The notes under the pieces: model-generated
Seen by the model: only the letters and a program-made list of their open reading frames with translations
The model's database searches: none
Told to the model about the DNA's origin: nothing
Part shown: one piece after another, positions 38,309-49,137 of the stretch
How positions within the stretch are numbered: the stretch's first letter is position 1
Layout: every line of letters begins with the position of its first letter
Program-made: the position numbers and the translations under genes
Source: Chlorobiota bacterium
GTDB taxonomy: Bacteria; Bacteroidota; Ignavibacteria; Kapaibacteriales; UBA961
Reading direction: 5' to 3'
Assembly (NCBI GenBank): GCA_039810485.1
Contig: JBDHXA010000004.1
Coordinates: 11,198 to 75,197, forward strand
DNA: 64,000 nt

Positions 38309-39127
38309 CTATTGCAAAACAATGCGTTTGCGCACATAGCGTTCCTTGCCAATGCGCACTTCCGACACATAATCACCCGGAGGCATGCGCCGCCCTAAGT
38401 CATCTCTCCCATTCCAAGTAATACGATACTTGCCAGGCATTTGCCGTCCGTCAAATATTGTAGCTATAATTTTTGCCTGCATCGAGTATACAACAATTTG
38501 CACTGGGGTTACGTAATCTATTGAATACTGCATCACTGGAGAGACATCTTCTTCAAAGCCAAAAAAAGCAGCAATTGACGATAGCGGAATTTGAATCCCG
38601 GCATTGGGGCTTTTATAGGGTGATAAATTAGGAACATATTGTGATTGCGCTATTCCATAAGCGTGCATCGTTCGCTCTTGACCGCTTGGCAGAAAATATT
38701 CAGCCGGCAAATCGAACATTTTTGCTGCAACTTGCCATGGCTGTTTTTCTGCATTTCTTTGTTCATTTTCCCAAGCTCGCGCATACATTTTTGCATGAAT
38801 TTGTGCAAGAGTGCCTGCCGGAATTCCTAATCGCATCAACTGTGCATAGGCGCTGTCCTGCTCATGAGTAAAAGCATAACCGTTCATTCCGGGCGCTGAA
38901 ATAATTTCTATTTTTGAGCTTGTATCTATGGCTAGCGTATCACCCGAAATAATTTGAGCAGGAGTAAATTGTCGGGGACGCACCAATATTGACCGAGAAG
39001 CAGAGGAAGAATCACCGCCATATATTGCCGCATTTGACGTTAATGCCGACAAAAAAAGACAATAAACAGCAATCAGCGATAATCGAACTATAATAAGTGA
39101 AAATAAAGGCTTCATATAAAAAGTCAA
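38309..39127 (-). CDS. Exported protein with C-terminal FlgD-Ig-like domain
   Basis: GKYRITWNGRDDLGRRMPPGDY motif; N-terminal signal peptide. Confidence 0.65.
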   Translation of the reverse strand: MTFYMKPLFSLIIVRLSLIAVYCLFLSALTSNAAIYGGDSSSASRSILVRPRQFTPAQIISGDTLAIDTSSKIEIISAPGMNGYAFTHEQDSAYAQLMRLGIPAGTLAQIHAKMYARAWENEQRNAEKQPWQVAAKMFDLPAEYFLPSGQERTMHAYGIAQSQYVPNLSPYKSPNAGIQIPLSSIAAFFGFEEDVSPVMQYSIDYVTPVQIVVYSMQAKIIATIFDGRQMPGKYRITWNGRDDLGRRMPPGDYVSEVRIGKERYVRKRIVLQ

Positions 39128-39185
39128 TATCTTACATCTGCCATATTCAATCGTTAGTTTGACGAATTAAGCATAAAGTTATGAC

Positions 39186-39225
39186 AAAAAAAGAGGCCGA
39201 CTGACAGAATAAAGTCGTCGACCTT
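39186..39225 (-). terminator. Probable intrinsic terminator after the S1 gene
   Basis: Minus strand GGTCGACGAC...GTCAGTCGGCC imperfect stem followed by a T-run. Confidence 0.5.
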
Positions 39226-39257
39226 GGAATAGAGCAATGTCTGCACTATCAGATATA

Positions 39258-40916
39258 TTAGCTTTCGCCTTTTAGGCCGCGTTGCTCGGCATCTGAGAGC
39301 AAATCAAAGAAAGTTACCGAGTTATCATTATCTGCGTGAAATGCCGCATCGGACTTTTCGCGATCGTTGCGGCGGGAACGCTCATTATTGTTGCGACGTG
39401 AAGGGCGATTATCGCTTTCTTCGACTGAAAGCTCCGCCTCAGTATAGACAGGCGCTAAGATAAGCGAAAAATTATCAGGATTAATATCAACAACGGTTAT
39501 TTCCAGCGTTTCGCCAGCTGTGTAATTTTTTGCCTTTCCTCCAACATTTTTCACTTTGCTGCGCGGTATAAAGCCGTCGAACTGGTCGTTTACACTTACA
39601 ATCAGACCATTTGCAGAGCTTTGGCGAACAGTGGCTTGAGTTGAAGTCCCAACCGGCAGCACATCGTTTATAGTATCCCAAGGATTGGGCGAGGTTTGCT
39701 TAAGCCCGAGAGCAATGCGTTTTGTTTCGGCAGACGAGCTAATCACAAGGACTTCTATTTCTTGCCCAACATTCAGTATCTCAGACGGGTGAGAAATGCG
39801 GCGTCCCCACGACAATTCAGCATTGCGAAGCAATCCTTCTATGCCCGGGCGCAATCCAATGTATGCCCCAAAATCTGCCAAGCGTCGCACAATTCCTTTG
39901 ACTCGAGTTCCGGGAGGAAAATCCTGCTCTACTCGCAGCCATGGAGATTCTTCAAGCTCGCGGCGGCTGAGGGATATGCGCTGATTATCTTTGTCAACAG
40001 AAAGTACTTTGGCCTTGACCAAATCACCTTTTTTAACAATTTGAGAAGGATCGTCGACCCGCACGTTTGACAAGCGTGAAATATGAATCAATCCTTCGAT
40101 CCCGTTGAGATCTACAAAAACTCCAAAAGGCGCTGTTGAGACAACTCTGCCTTCTACAATATCGCCATCTTTTATTGACGAAAAGAATTCGTCTGTCATC
40201 AATTTTCGACGGGATGCGACAATAGTTTTACGACCTTGTTCATCTTGTTGAATTTCATTGATATGCACGAGAACTGTTTGTCCAATGGCACTTTGCATTT
40301 CTGCTTCTGTTGGAGTTCTTTTTAATGAAAAATGCGATGCCGGCAAAAACAAGCGCAAATCTTTGTATTGCGCCCGCATACCGCCTTTGATGCGTTCGAG
40401 AATCGTAACTTCAACTGTTCCTCCTTCAGAATGAACTTTTTCTAACTCGGCAAATAAGCCGTCGAGCATTTCTTTATGCTGTCGGCGACGCTCGGCTTCT
40501 GCTGCTTTTTCAGCAGCTTTTGCAGCAGCTTTTTCGGCTGCGCGCTTATCTGCTTCGGCTTGTTCTTCGGGAGATAGAGCGGGACGATCTGGTACTGCGC
40601 TTGCTTCTGTTGAATTATCAACATTCTCCGAAACAAAAGTTTCCTTTTCTTCTGTCTCAGGAACGCTTGCTGCCACAGGAGCAGTATAAACTTGCAGCGA
40701 CTCTGCTTCAGTGCTGTTTTCAACAATAGGAGAAGCATTTGATTCCGCTTCACTTTCAGCATTGTCCGCCGAATTGCCTGCTGTTTCCTCATCTGCCAAT
40801 TTTGAAGAATTATCCGATATTTCGGCTGAATTAATTGATTCTGCGGCATTTTCCGCATTGTTTGAACTTCCCTCATCGGGATTCTGAAGTTGCTCTTGCT
40901 CGGTCATACGATACAA
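39258..40916 (-). CDS. Ribosomal protein S1-like protein (four S1 domains, long acidic N-terminal extension)
   Basis: FLPASH, FGVFVDLNGIEGLIHISRLS, FGAYIGLRPGIEGLL and DGFIPRS repeats. Confidence 0.8.
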   Translation of the reverse strand: MYRMTEQEQLQNPDEGSSNNAENAAESINSAEISDNSSKLADEETAGNSADNAESEAESNASPIVENSTEAESLQVYTAPVAASVPETEEKETFVSENVDNSTEASAVPDRPALSPEEQAEADKRAAEKAAAKAAEKAAEAERRRQHKEMLDGLFAELEKVHSEGGTVEVTILERIKGGMRAQYKDLRLFLPASHFSLKRTPTEAEMQSAIGQTVLVHINEIQQDEQGRKTIVASRRKLMTDEFFSSIKDGDIVEGRVVSTAPFGVFVDLNGIEGLIHISRLSNVRVDDPSQIVKKGDLVKAKVLSVDKDNQRISLSRRELEESPWLRVEQDFPPGTRVKGIVRRLADFGAYIGLRPGIEGLLRNAELSWGRRISHPSEILNVGQEIEVLVISSSAETKRIALGLKQTSPNPWDTINDVLPVGTSTQATVRQSSANGLIVSVNDQFDGFIPRSKVKNVGGKAKNYTAGETLEITVVDINPDNFSLILAPVYTEAELSVEESDNRPSRRNNNERSRRNDREKSDAAFHADNDNSVTFFDLLSDAEQRGLKGES

Positions 40917-41167
40917 AAAACTAAAAAATGTTAAGAAAGGCGCTTTCGCAACCTTATATTATTAAACGTCAATTTTGGCAATAGAAAGCCACATGACAAG
41001 AAACAAATTTAACAAAAAAAAGCGTCTTTCTTATGCAAGAAATTTATTTACCTATGTTTTATTGCAATTATTAGTCGGAAAAGCGCATTTTTATTTGACT
41101 TTTCAGGAATTTCTAAAGTAATGTTGTCAAAAATTCATCAAATCTTTGTAAGTTACAACTAGCATCC

Positions 41168-44100
41168 ATGAGTATCCAGCGATTTAGCGCACATTTTACG
41201 GTAGGGAAGTTTATGCGCAACAAACTATTTGCTTTAATAATATTTATTTTTTGTTCTGGGTTGCTTCATGGCCAATCTCTTACAAATAAAGGCAAAGATT
41301 TTTGGCTGACGTTTCTGCCGAATTATCATAATAACTTCAGCGATCAGAATCTCCGTCTTCGAGATAGTTTGCAAATCTACATTACTACCGACGTGCCTAC
41401 ATCCGGCAAAATCACCTATCGCAATCGCAGCGGCAATGCTTTCTCATCATCTTTTTCAATTACAAAATCAGGTGATATTACTATTTTTCGAACGACTGCG
41501 ATTGACTATGAATTAGAAGGATTAAACAGCCACGGAACATTGGTTGCCACAGGACAAAACGAGAAGCCGGCACCGCAAACTTTTCATATTACGGCAGACA
41601 ATGATATAGCGGTGTTTGCTCTAAGTCAAGCAGTAACAACCAGCGATGCCGCCATGATACTTCCAATTCAAGCTCTTGGCTTGAAATATACTGTTGTTGC
41701 ATACAATAGCGATGGGCGACTTGACTATCAGAATAGTTTAACAGGTCAAAGCACTCCCTCTCAATTTGCTGTAGTCGCAGTTGAAGATAATACGCATATT
41801 TCTATACGACCATCGGCTGCAACTGCAAGGAATGGCTTGGCTCAGCAAACTGTTGTCCTGCAGCAAGGAGAAGCATATTTAGTGCAGGCAAATATTTCTA
41901 CAAGTATTCTAAATGCTGACCTCACAGGCACTGAAGTAACATCTGATAAACCAGTTGCAGTATTTGGCGGTCAGCAGCGAGCCACCGTTCCCATCGAGCG
42001 TGTGGCATCGCTTTATTCTCGCGACATGCTTTTTGAGCAAATACCACCAATGGAATCTTGGGGCACGCTGCATATCATAAGCCCTTTGGCTCCGCCAGCG
42101 CAACAAACTGCAGTTGGCTATGATCTTTATCGCGTAGTTGCCGGATACGACAATACTGCGATTTTTATTAATGGCTCACAGTCCGGAATCTTGCGCAAAG
42201 GTCAGTTTTTGGATTTTCCATTAACAGCTCCGGCAATTGTTCGCACATCAAAACCAGTGATTGTAGCGGAGTATAAAAAAACGTCAGGCGATGCTAATTC
42301 TTCTTCTCGCATGGGAGATCCATTTATGGTAATTGTGCCGCCTCGCGAACAATATCTTTCAGCATATCATTGTGCAAATATTCAGGCGTATTTCCCGCTG
42401 AACGGCACAAATCTCCCTGATACAACAGTTTATTACGAACATTATCTATCAATAGTCATTCCTACTCGATCGCTTAATTCTATAAGAGTCGACGGAAATA
42501 CGGCTAACACATCTCAATTTGCTAAGGTTCCAACATCGTATAGCGCCGGTCTTTGCACAGATATGTCAGCTGGTTGGCTAAGAGTAGCTCACGGCGCCCA
42601 TAGCGTAATAGCGAATGAACCGTTTGCACTAACAATTTACGGTTATGGCATGGCAAATAGCTATGGATATACGGGTGGAATTTCTCTAGAAAAAGAAGTT
42701 GATGTAAAACCGGTGGCTGCCTCTGGCGGCGGCCATATTTGTTTGGGTGATTCTCTGCAATTGAATGCTTCAGGCGGTCGCGGCGGATACAGTTGGCAGC
42801 CGTCTTCTTCTCTCTCTTGTTCAAATTGTCCCAATCCAATAGCGCGTCCGCTTATTACTACGACATACAAGGTTACTTCATTTGATGCCGGCGACTGTCC
42901 TATTGCCGACTCTGTAACCGTATTTGTAACACAAGCAATCGCAGATGCTTCGCCAGACACTACTATATGCATAGGCAAAGCTGCTAAACTTCGCGCGAGC
43001 GGCGGAATAAAATATGAATGGCGCCCCGCCGCAGATTTGTCCTGCAATGACTGCCAAAATCCGACAGCAATACCATCTGCCACAACTAAGTATTTTGTAA
43101 CAGTTACAAATAGCAACGGATGCAGCGCTGTAGATTCTGTTATTGTAACTGTAAATATTCCCACTGCAGATGCGGGGCTTGATACGACAATTTGCGCCGG
43201 AAATTCTGTGCAGTTGCAAGCAAAAGGAGGCGTATCTTACACTTGGCGACCTTCTGCGGACTTATCATGCGCCAACTGTCCGAATCCTATTGCACAACCA
43301 ACACAAACTACAACTTATGTTGTAAGTGCACTAAATAACTACGGCTGTATTGCAGAAGATTCAGTTATTGTAACAATCAATCACTTAATTGTTGATGCAG
43401 GACGCGACACCATTATTTGCAAAGGCGACTCGGTCCAGCTTCAAGCTTCGAGTGGTGCTTCATATTCTTGGTTTCCTCCTATTGGGCTTTCATGCGTAAA
43501 TTGCCGAAATCCTATAGCGCGACCATTAAAAACAACAACATATTTTGTGCAAATAATAGATTCCATTGGTTGCTTTGCAGAGGATTCAGTAACAATCGCT
43601 GTTAGCGAACCGCACGTGATGCAAAAAATAACTGAAACAATATGCGCAGGTGATTCAATTCAACTTTCAGCAAGCGTCGGCAAATCATATCATTGGTCGC
43701 CTGCCGATGGTCTTTCATGCGTAGATTGCAAAAATCCCATAGCTTTCCCAAAATATACGACAACATATAGATTAACTATCGACAATGGACCCGGCTGCCC
43801 AACCTTGGGAGAATTTCGCGTACAAGTTCGAGAATGTTTGCCTGCAATGCTTGAATTTGAAAGCGTTGTTTCATGCGACTCACAAACTATGAGCATTAGT
43901 TTTGTCAATCGTGAAGACACAGCCGTACAATTCTTTGGGTTACGGAGTTATGATGCCGACTCACATTATTTTTCAGTCGTATACAACAGACATCTTCCAG
44001 CAGCAATAGAATCTGGCGACTCGGTTCAAATCTTCGTATCATTTAAACCAAAAGGCAATATATCGCTTATCACGCGCTGGCGATTTATTTCTTCAGCCGA

Positions 44101-44866
44101 CAGTTCTCGAGAGTGCATTATAAAAGGCTCTGGATATATTGTATCAGTTAATTTATCGCTTATACTTCCTGACACGGCATCTCCCGGAAGCCGTCCGTTT
44201 ATATCCTTGTATGGTGCCACTACTTCCTGGAAGCCGGCAGCCATTACTCATTTCAATGCGTTTATTACTTGGCATAGTGCGCACTTTGTCTTTGACCCCT
44301 CGCTCGACACCATTGCTTTGGGCGCAAAGATGCCGTCGGATTGGTCAGTAAGAAATTCAATTGTCGAAAAAGAGGATTCAACTATTCTTGCCATATATGG
44401 TAACGGCACCACAGCTATTAGTTATGATGGTGACATATTTCGCTTCACAATCGGCGTAATGCTTGGAGGCACAGAATATCCTGCATTACGGCTGGCTGCC
44501 GATTTTGGGCAGCGTTCCGAATGTATTGCTCCAATTGCCTTCGGAGATTCTTTGCGAATCTCTACTTGCGCTTTGCCAATACGTTATGTAACCGGCAGCG
44601 GAAAATCCTATTATTTGCGCACTTTTCCTTTGCCATCTTTAGGAAAATCAACAAAAATCGAATATGGTATTGGCATATCTGCCCAAGCAAAGATTGAGCT
44701 TTACTCATTGACCGGTCAGCTTATTGCAACTTTGGCATCCGCGCATCTTATTCCCGGAAATTATTCCATTGAACTTCCACATTCGTTTCTGTCGCCCGGC
44801 ATATATTATTGCCGAATTATATCTGGCGAATTTATGCAAACAACTCCCATAATTATTGCAGATTGA
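41168..44866 (+). CDS. Large secreted protein: IgGFc-binding-like N-terminal domain, five Cys-rich Ig-like repeats, CTD
   Basis: GKDFWLTF, SDKPVAVFGG, EQIPP, GDPFM and YGY...SYGYTGG motifs; five TIC.G....L.ASGG..Y.W.P...LSC..C.NP repeats; PGIYYCRI CTD. Start probably MRNKLF. Confidence 0.8.
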   Translation: MSIQRFSAHFTVGKFMRNKLFALIIFIFCSGLLHGQSLTNKGKDFWLTFLPNYHNNFSDQNLRLRDSLQIYITTDVPTSGKITYRNRSGNAFSSSFSITKSGDITIFRTTAIDYELEGLNSHGTLVATGQNEKPAPQTFHITADNDIAVFALSQAVTTSDAAMILPIQALGLKYTVVAYNSDGRLDYQNSLTGQSTPSQFAVVAVEDNTHISIRPSAATARNGLAQQTVVLQQGEAYLVQANISTSILNADLTGTEVTSDKPVAVFGGQQRATVPIERVASLYSRDMLFEQIPPMESWGTLHIISPLAPPAQQTAVGYDLYRVVAGYDNTAIFINGSQSGILRKGQFLDFPLTAPAIVRTSKPVIVAEYKKTSGDANSSSRMGDPFMVIVPPREQYLSAYHCANIQAYFPLNGTNLPDTTVYYEHYLSIVIPTRSLNSIRVDGNTANTSQFAKVPTSYSAGLCTDMSAGWLRVAHGAHSVIANEPFALTIYGYGMANSYGYTGGISLEKEVDVKPVAASGGGHICLGDSLQLNASGGRGGYSWQPSSSLSCSNCPNPIARPLITTTYKVTSFDAGDCPIADSVTVFVTQAIADASPDTTICIGKAAKLRASGGIKYEWRPAADLSCNDCQNPTAIPSATTKYFVTVTNSNGCSAVDSVIVTVNIPTADAGLDTTICAGNSVQLQAKGGVSYTWRPSADLSCANCPNPIAQPTQTTTYVVSALNNYGCIAEDSVIVTINHLIVDAGRDTIICKGDSVQLQASSGASYSWFPPIGLSCVNCRNPIARPLKTTTYFVQIIDSIGCFAEDSVTIAVSEPHVMQKITETICAGDSIQLSASVGKSYHWSPADGLSCVDCKNPIAFPKYTTTYRLTIDNGPGCPTLGEFRVQVRECLPAMLEFESVVSCDSQTMSISFVNREDTAVQFFGLRSYDADSHYFSVVYNRHLPAAIESGDSVQIFVSFKPKGNISLITRWRFISSADSSRECIIKGSGYIVSVNLSLILPDTASPGSRPFISLYGATTSWKPAAITHFNAFITWHSAHFVFDPSLDTIALGAKMPSDWSVRNSIVEKEDSTILAIYGNGTTAISYDGDIFRFTIGVMLGGTEYPALRLAADFGQRSECIAPIAFGDSLRISTCALPIRYVTGSGKSYYLRTFPLPSLGKSTKIEYGIGISAQAKIELYSLTGQLIATLASAHLIPGNYSIELPHSFLSPGIYYCRIISGEFMQTTPIIIAD

Positions 44867-45125
44867 AATAATTTACCCGTTTTTTTGTAAAATAGTTAAG
44901 ATGATTTAATCTTGAATGCGTTGCATTATCTCTACAAATCTACATACGTCGCAGATTTGATGACAACGCACCATGTTTGAATTGCCTATAATCCCAACTT
45001 CTGCGCTTTTCTATTGAATTATTGAAGTGTAAATTTTACATCATATCGCTTGGCATAATGTAACTTTATGCTGCAAATATGTTTTTTCTCCTTAATTTAG
45101 ACGCTGTCAGCCATTTACTTTTTTA

Positions 45126-48100
45126 TTGATGAAATTTTTACGCTGCATAGTTGTTTTTCTTGTCTTCGCTGCAACTTTTCAAGTTAAAGCAGAGGATGAA
45201 CGCATTCCATATACTATGAGAATAGGCGGCAGCGGAATGCAGCGCGTTTTGGATATTGCTGCAGATCCCGCAAACGGCGATATAATTGCCGTAGGCGTTA
45301 CCACTTCAGTCGATATGCCCGGAAGAGATGGAGCTTATCAGGCGACAAATGCCCTAAAAGAAAATGGCTTCGTCATGCGATTTAACGCAGATTGTACATT
45401 ATTAAAATTTACCGTATTGATTGGCGGCAGTGAATTTGACGAAATACGCGGAGTTGCTATATCATCTTCTGGCGACATACTGTTGACGGGCAGCACAATG
45501 TCGGGCGTTGGAATCGGCGGATTCCCGACGACAAAAGGTGCATTCGACACTCTTTCGCAGAAAAACGAGCAAGATGCTTTTTTCGCTATTTTATCCGGCG
45601 ATGGCAAGAATTTGCTGTATTCGTCTATGATTGGCGGTGAAAAGTCGGACCGAGCTTCTGACATTATTGCTCTTCGTCCAAATGTATTCGTTGTTTGCGG
45701 AGAAACTGAATCGCTAAGATTTCCGGGCGCAGATATTTCATATGAAAACAAAGGTTTGCAGGGATTTGTTGCAGTAATATATCGAGAAAACGTCGGCAAT
45801 GAATCATTCGCTGTTTCTTCTTATCTGATAGGTGGGCGAGAAAAGGACTACTGCACAAGCGTAGCGCGAATAAGCAATGAACAGTTTGCCGTAACAGGCG
45901 CAACTTCATCGTCAGATTTCCCTGTAACTGAAAGTTCGTCTAATATGGGAAAATATAAGGGAAAATTAGATGCATTTGCAGCTGTCTTTGAAATAAAACA
46001 AGAAATAAAACCAATTGCAGTTTGGCTGATAGGCGGCAAATCTGATGACATTGGCCGCGCGATTGCATATAATGGCGAGAATTATCTGGCAATTGCAGGC
46101 ACAACTGCTTCAGAAGATTTCATATTGGTTGATAAGCCAGAAATCATCAAATATGGCGGAAAAAACGACGCTTTTGCAACTATATGCGCAATTGACGGCA
46201 CGGTAAAGTTTTCTACGTATCTCGGTGGATCAGAGGCAGATACAGCTTCTTATGTAGGATTTTCCGAACATGGCGACATTATTGTTGCCGGATCTTCCGC
46301 TTCGTGGGATTTTCCTTTCTCTGGCTTGACTACTGAGTGGCTGGCTGACAGTTATTCAGGTCAAAACGACGGCTTTGTCTCAGTATTTTCACCATTTCGT
46401 CATCGCTTGTTGTATTCTTCGATGTTTGGCGGAACTAAAAATGATGCAACGACGGCTTTAGCTATAGGAGACCGAGGCAAAATTACCATAGCTGGCTCAA
46501 CTAACTCATCACGCTCTTCATTTAGCCCATCTACGATTAACAGCACAATTCCCAACAACTTTGATGATGGATTCTTAATTCATTGCGATTTGCGCCCCGA
46601 TTTATTTTCATATCAACAAAAAATACAATTTCCTGACACCTTTATTGGCGATGCGGTGACAGATACTGCCATCATTATTGCAACAGGCATAAATTTCATT
46701 GATTTTCAGCCGTTTATTGCAGGAGATCCAGAAGGAAATTTTACTTTGCAAAAGGATGGAGAGCATAAATTATCAGCGCGCGAAATTGATACGCTCATAG
46801 TTGTCTTTGCTCCCAAATCTTCCGGGATTAAAAATGCAACGTTGATGTTTGCGACTGGAAGCGAAAATTTGCGCCCTAAAATTGCATTAAGCGGAATTGG
46901 TAAAAATGCAATACTTTCTACAAATTTGCCGCTGATATTTGAACCAATTGAAGTAGGTTTGAAATCTGCGCCTAAAATAGTAAGAATTAAGAATCTACTA
47001 GCTAATGAGTGTCATATTGACAGCTTATTTCTAATTGGGCAAGATACTGACGCTTTTTCTATACAATATCCGCCTTCTCGCACAATACCGTCCGGTAAAT
47101 CTGTTGAAATACCAATAATATTCTCGCCGACAATTCGCGGCCAACATCAATGTAATTTATTGGTAAAAACAACAATTGGAAATATTAGAGGGCTGATTAA
47201 AGGGACGGGAATAGGCGCTGAGCTTATTGCTTCGGAAAAGAAATTAGCATTCGACACCACAAGCGTTGGGGCAAGCAATAACCGATACGTTGAAATTCAA
47301 AATATTGGAGAAAAATCGGCAAATTGCACATTGCAAATCTACGGTGACAACGAGGGAAATTTTAGCATGAATTCGCCTCAATATTTCAGGCTGGAGCCCA
47401 ATGAAAAAAAAACCGCGGAGTTGATTTTCAGGCCGCAAACTTTTGGAACTAAAAATGCTGTCTTTAAGATAGCAGGCGATAATTTCGAGAGTTTGCAGAT
47501 GCAATTATATGGAGTTGCCACATCCGGAACAGGGCTATGGCTTCAATTAGCGATAGACACAATATTTACTCGTATTGGACAGGAAATTAACATTCCAGTC
47601 AGAGTGCTGTCCTCAAGCGGATTTATGCTTAATAAAGAGCTGAAATACGAGGCTGAATTGCGCTATAACGGCTCAATCCTTGGATTTCGAGACTCGGCTT
47701 ACACAACCCGACTTTTAGAACCGTGGCGGACAATAACGCTTTATGGTTCATATACAATCAAAAGCAATTCAATCGAATCCGTTTTGTGCGAAGCGAAGCT
47801 GACTGCCGCGCTTGGCGATACAAATGCAACTTCTATAATTCTCGATAATTTGAAATTGTTTGACGGAAACGGTGTTTTACATGCCGGTTACTCGGTGCGC
47901 AATGGCAAAGTAGTGATAACCGATGCTGACAAAATAAACATTCCGACCGATGCAGCGCTCAAAATTAAAGCATATCCCATACCAGCAGTCAGTGCACTCA
48001 CTTTAGACATTATCTCACCGATATCCAAACCTGTGTTGACGATTTATTCAATTGCAGGAGAAATAATGTCCCGACAGCAGCTTGATATTGCTCCCAATAA

Positions 48101-48212
48101 ACTTCAAACAATCTCTCTATCAACAGAGCGATTTGGACGCGGCTGCTATATTGTTGTTCTTTCGTCGGATACTTCTTCTACAGCTGAACTCTGCTTTATC
48201 ATTACTCCTTAA
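45126..48212 (+). CDS. Secreted SBBP-type beta-propeller protein with Ig-like (ASH/choice-of-anchor-D-like) domains and T9SS CTD
   Basis: Repeated GxTxSxDFP and YSSxxGGxxxD motifs; F.P...G.K.A Ig repeats; YPIPA...GCYIV CTD. Confidence 0.75.
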   Translation: MMKFLRCIVVFLVFAATFQVKAEDERIPYTMRIGGSGMQRVLDIAADPANGDIIAVGVTTSVDMPGRDGAYQATNALKENGFVMRFNADCTLLKFTVLIGGSEFDEIRGVAISSSGDILLTGSTMSGVGIGGFPTTKGAFDTLSQKNEQDAFFAILSGDGKNLLYSSMIGGEKSDRASDIIALRPNVFVVCGETESLRFPGADISYENKGLQGFVAVIYRENVGNESFAVSSYLIGGREKDYCTSVARISNEQFAVTGATSSSDFPVTESSSNMGKYKGKLDAFAAVFEIKQEIKPIAVWLIGGKSDDIGRAIAYNGENYLAIAGTTASEDFILVDKPEIIKYGGKNDAFATICAIDGTVKFSTYLGGSEADTASYVGFSEHGDIIVAGSSASWDFPFSGLTTEWLADSYSGQNDGFVSVFSPFRHRLLYSSMFGGTKNDATTALAIGDRGKITIAGSTNSSRSSFSPSTINSTIPNNFDDGFLIHCDLRPDLFSYQQKIQFPDTFIGDAVTDTAIIIATGINFIDFQPFIAGDPEGNFTLQKDGEHKLSAREIDTLIVVFAPKSSGIKNATLMFATGSENLRPKIALSGIGKNAILSTNLPLIFEPIEVGLKSAPKIVRIKNLLANECHIDSLFLIGQDTDAFSIQYPPSRTIPSGKSVEIPIIFSPTIRGQHQCNLLVKTTIGNIRGLIKGTGIGAELIASEKKLAFDTTSVGASNNRYVEIQNIGEKSANCTLQIYGDNEGNFSMNSPQYFRLEPNEKKTAELIFRPQTFGTKNAVFKIAGDNFESLQMQLYGVATSGTGLWLQLAIDTIFTRIGQEINIPVRVLSSSGFMLNKELKYEAELRYNGSILGFRDSAYTTRLLEPWRTITLYGSYTIKSNSIESVLCEAKLTAALGDTNATSIILDNLKLFDGNGVLHAGYSVRNGKVVITDADKINIPTDAALKIKAYPIPAVSALTLDIISPISKPVLTIYSIAGEIMSRQQLDIAPNKLQTISLSTERFGRGCYIVVLSSDTSSTAELCFIITP

Positions 48213-48354
48213 AGCGCATTTCCTTAAAAAATACAGCAATGTGCAGCGGTTGGTTCTCGTCTTTACAGATTGCTATTCGTTAATTTAGTATCTTTATACA
48301 AATCAAGTCAAATACACGGCGCTCTGCCTTTAATAATACTTCAATCATAATCTT

Positions 48355-49137
48355 ATGAATTATCAAACTTTGCTAGTCGAAAAAAAATCAGGATATGCAA
48401 TTATTACACTTAACAGACCGGACAAATTAAACGCATTGAATGCTTTGCTGTTTGCCGAACTTGCCGAGGCCGTCGAGCATCTGCGAGATGATGACAAAAC
48501 AAATGTTTTGATTATAACAGGCAGCGGAGCGAAGGCATTTGCTGCGGGAGCGGATATTGCCGAGCTGCATGAGCAAACGGCTGAAACGGGAGCTGATTTT
48601 GCCCGCCGCGGACAAGAAGTTTTTCATGAAATTGAACATTTAGGAAAACCTGTGATAGCAGCTGTGAATGGGTTCGCTCTAGGCGGCGGCTGCGAGCTGG
48701 CTCTTGCATGCCATATTCGATTTTGCTCGACAAATGCCAAATTTGGGCAGCCGGAAGTTAATCTTGGAATTATACCGGGATATGGCGGAACTCAACGCCT
48801 CACGAAATTAGTTGGAACTGCAAAATCGGCAGAAATTATTTTATCGGGCAATGCCATTGGAGCTGAGGAAGCTGCAGCAATCGGATTGGTTAATTCCGTT
48901 CATATACCGGAAGAATTAATGCCGTTTGCTGAAAATTTTGCGCAAAAACTTGCAACGAAAGCGCCAACTGCTCTTCGAGCAGCACTAGCAACAATATTAT
49001 CGGCAGGCGAAACTGCATCCAAAAACGGCATGGAAACCGAGTCACGGCATTTCGGAGTGGTCTGCGGAACCGAAGATTTTGCAGAAGGAACATCAGCATT
49101 TTTAGAGAAACGCACTGCTGTCTTTACAGGAAAATGA
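48355..49137 (+). CDS. Enoyl-CoA hydratase/crotonase
   Basis: LNRPDKLNAL, AFAAGADI, AVNGFALGGGCELA and FGQPEVNLGIIPGYGGTQRL. Confidence 0.93.
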   Translation: MNYQTLLVEKKSGYAIITLNRPDKLNALNALLFAELAEAVEHLRDDDKTNVLIITGSGAKAFAAGADIAELHEQTAETGADFARRGQEVFHEIEHLGKPVIAAVNGFALGGGCELALACHIRFCSTNAKFGQPEVNLGIIPGYGGTQRLTKLVGTAKSAEIILSGNAIGAEEAAAIGLVNSVHIPEELMPFAENFAQKLATKAPTALRAALATILSAGETASKNGMETESRHFGVVCGTEDFAEGTSAFLEKRTAVFTGK

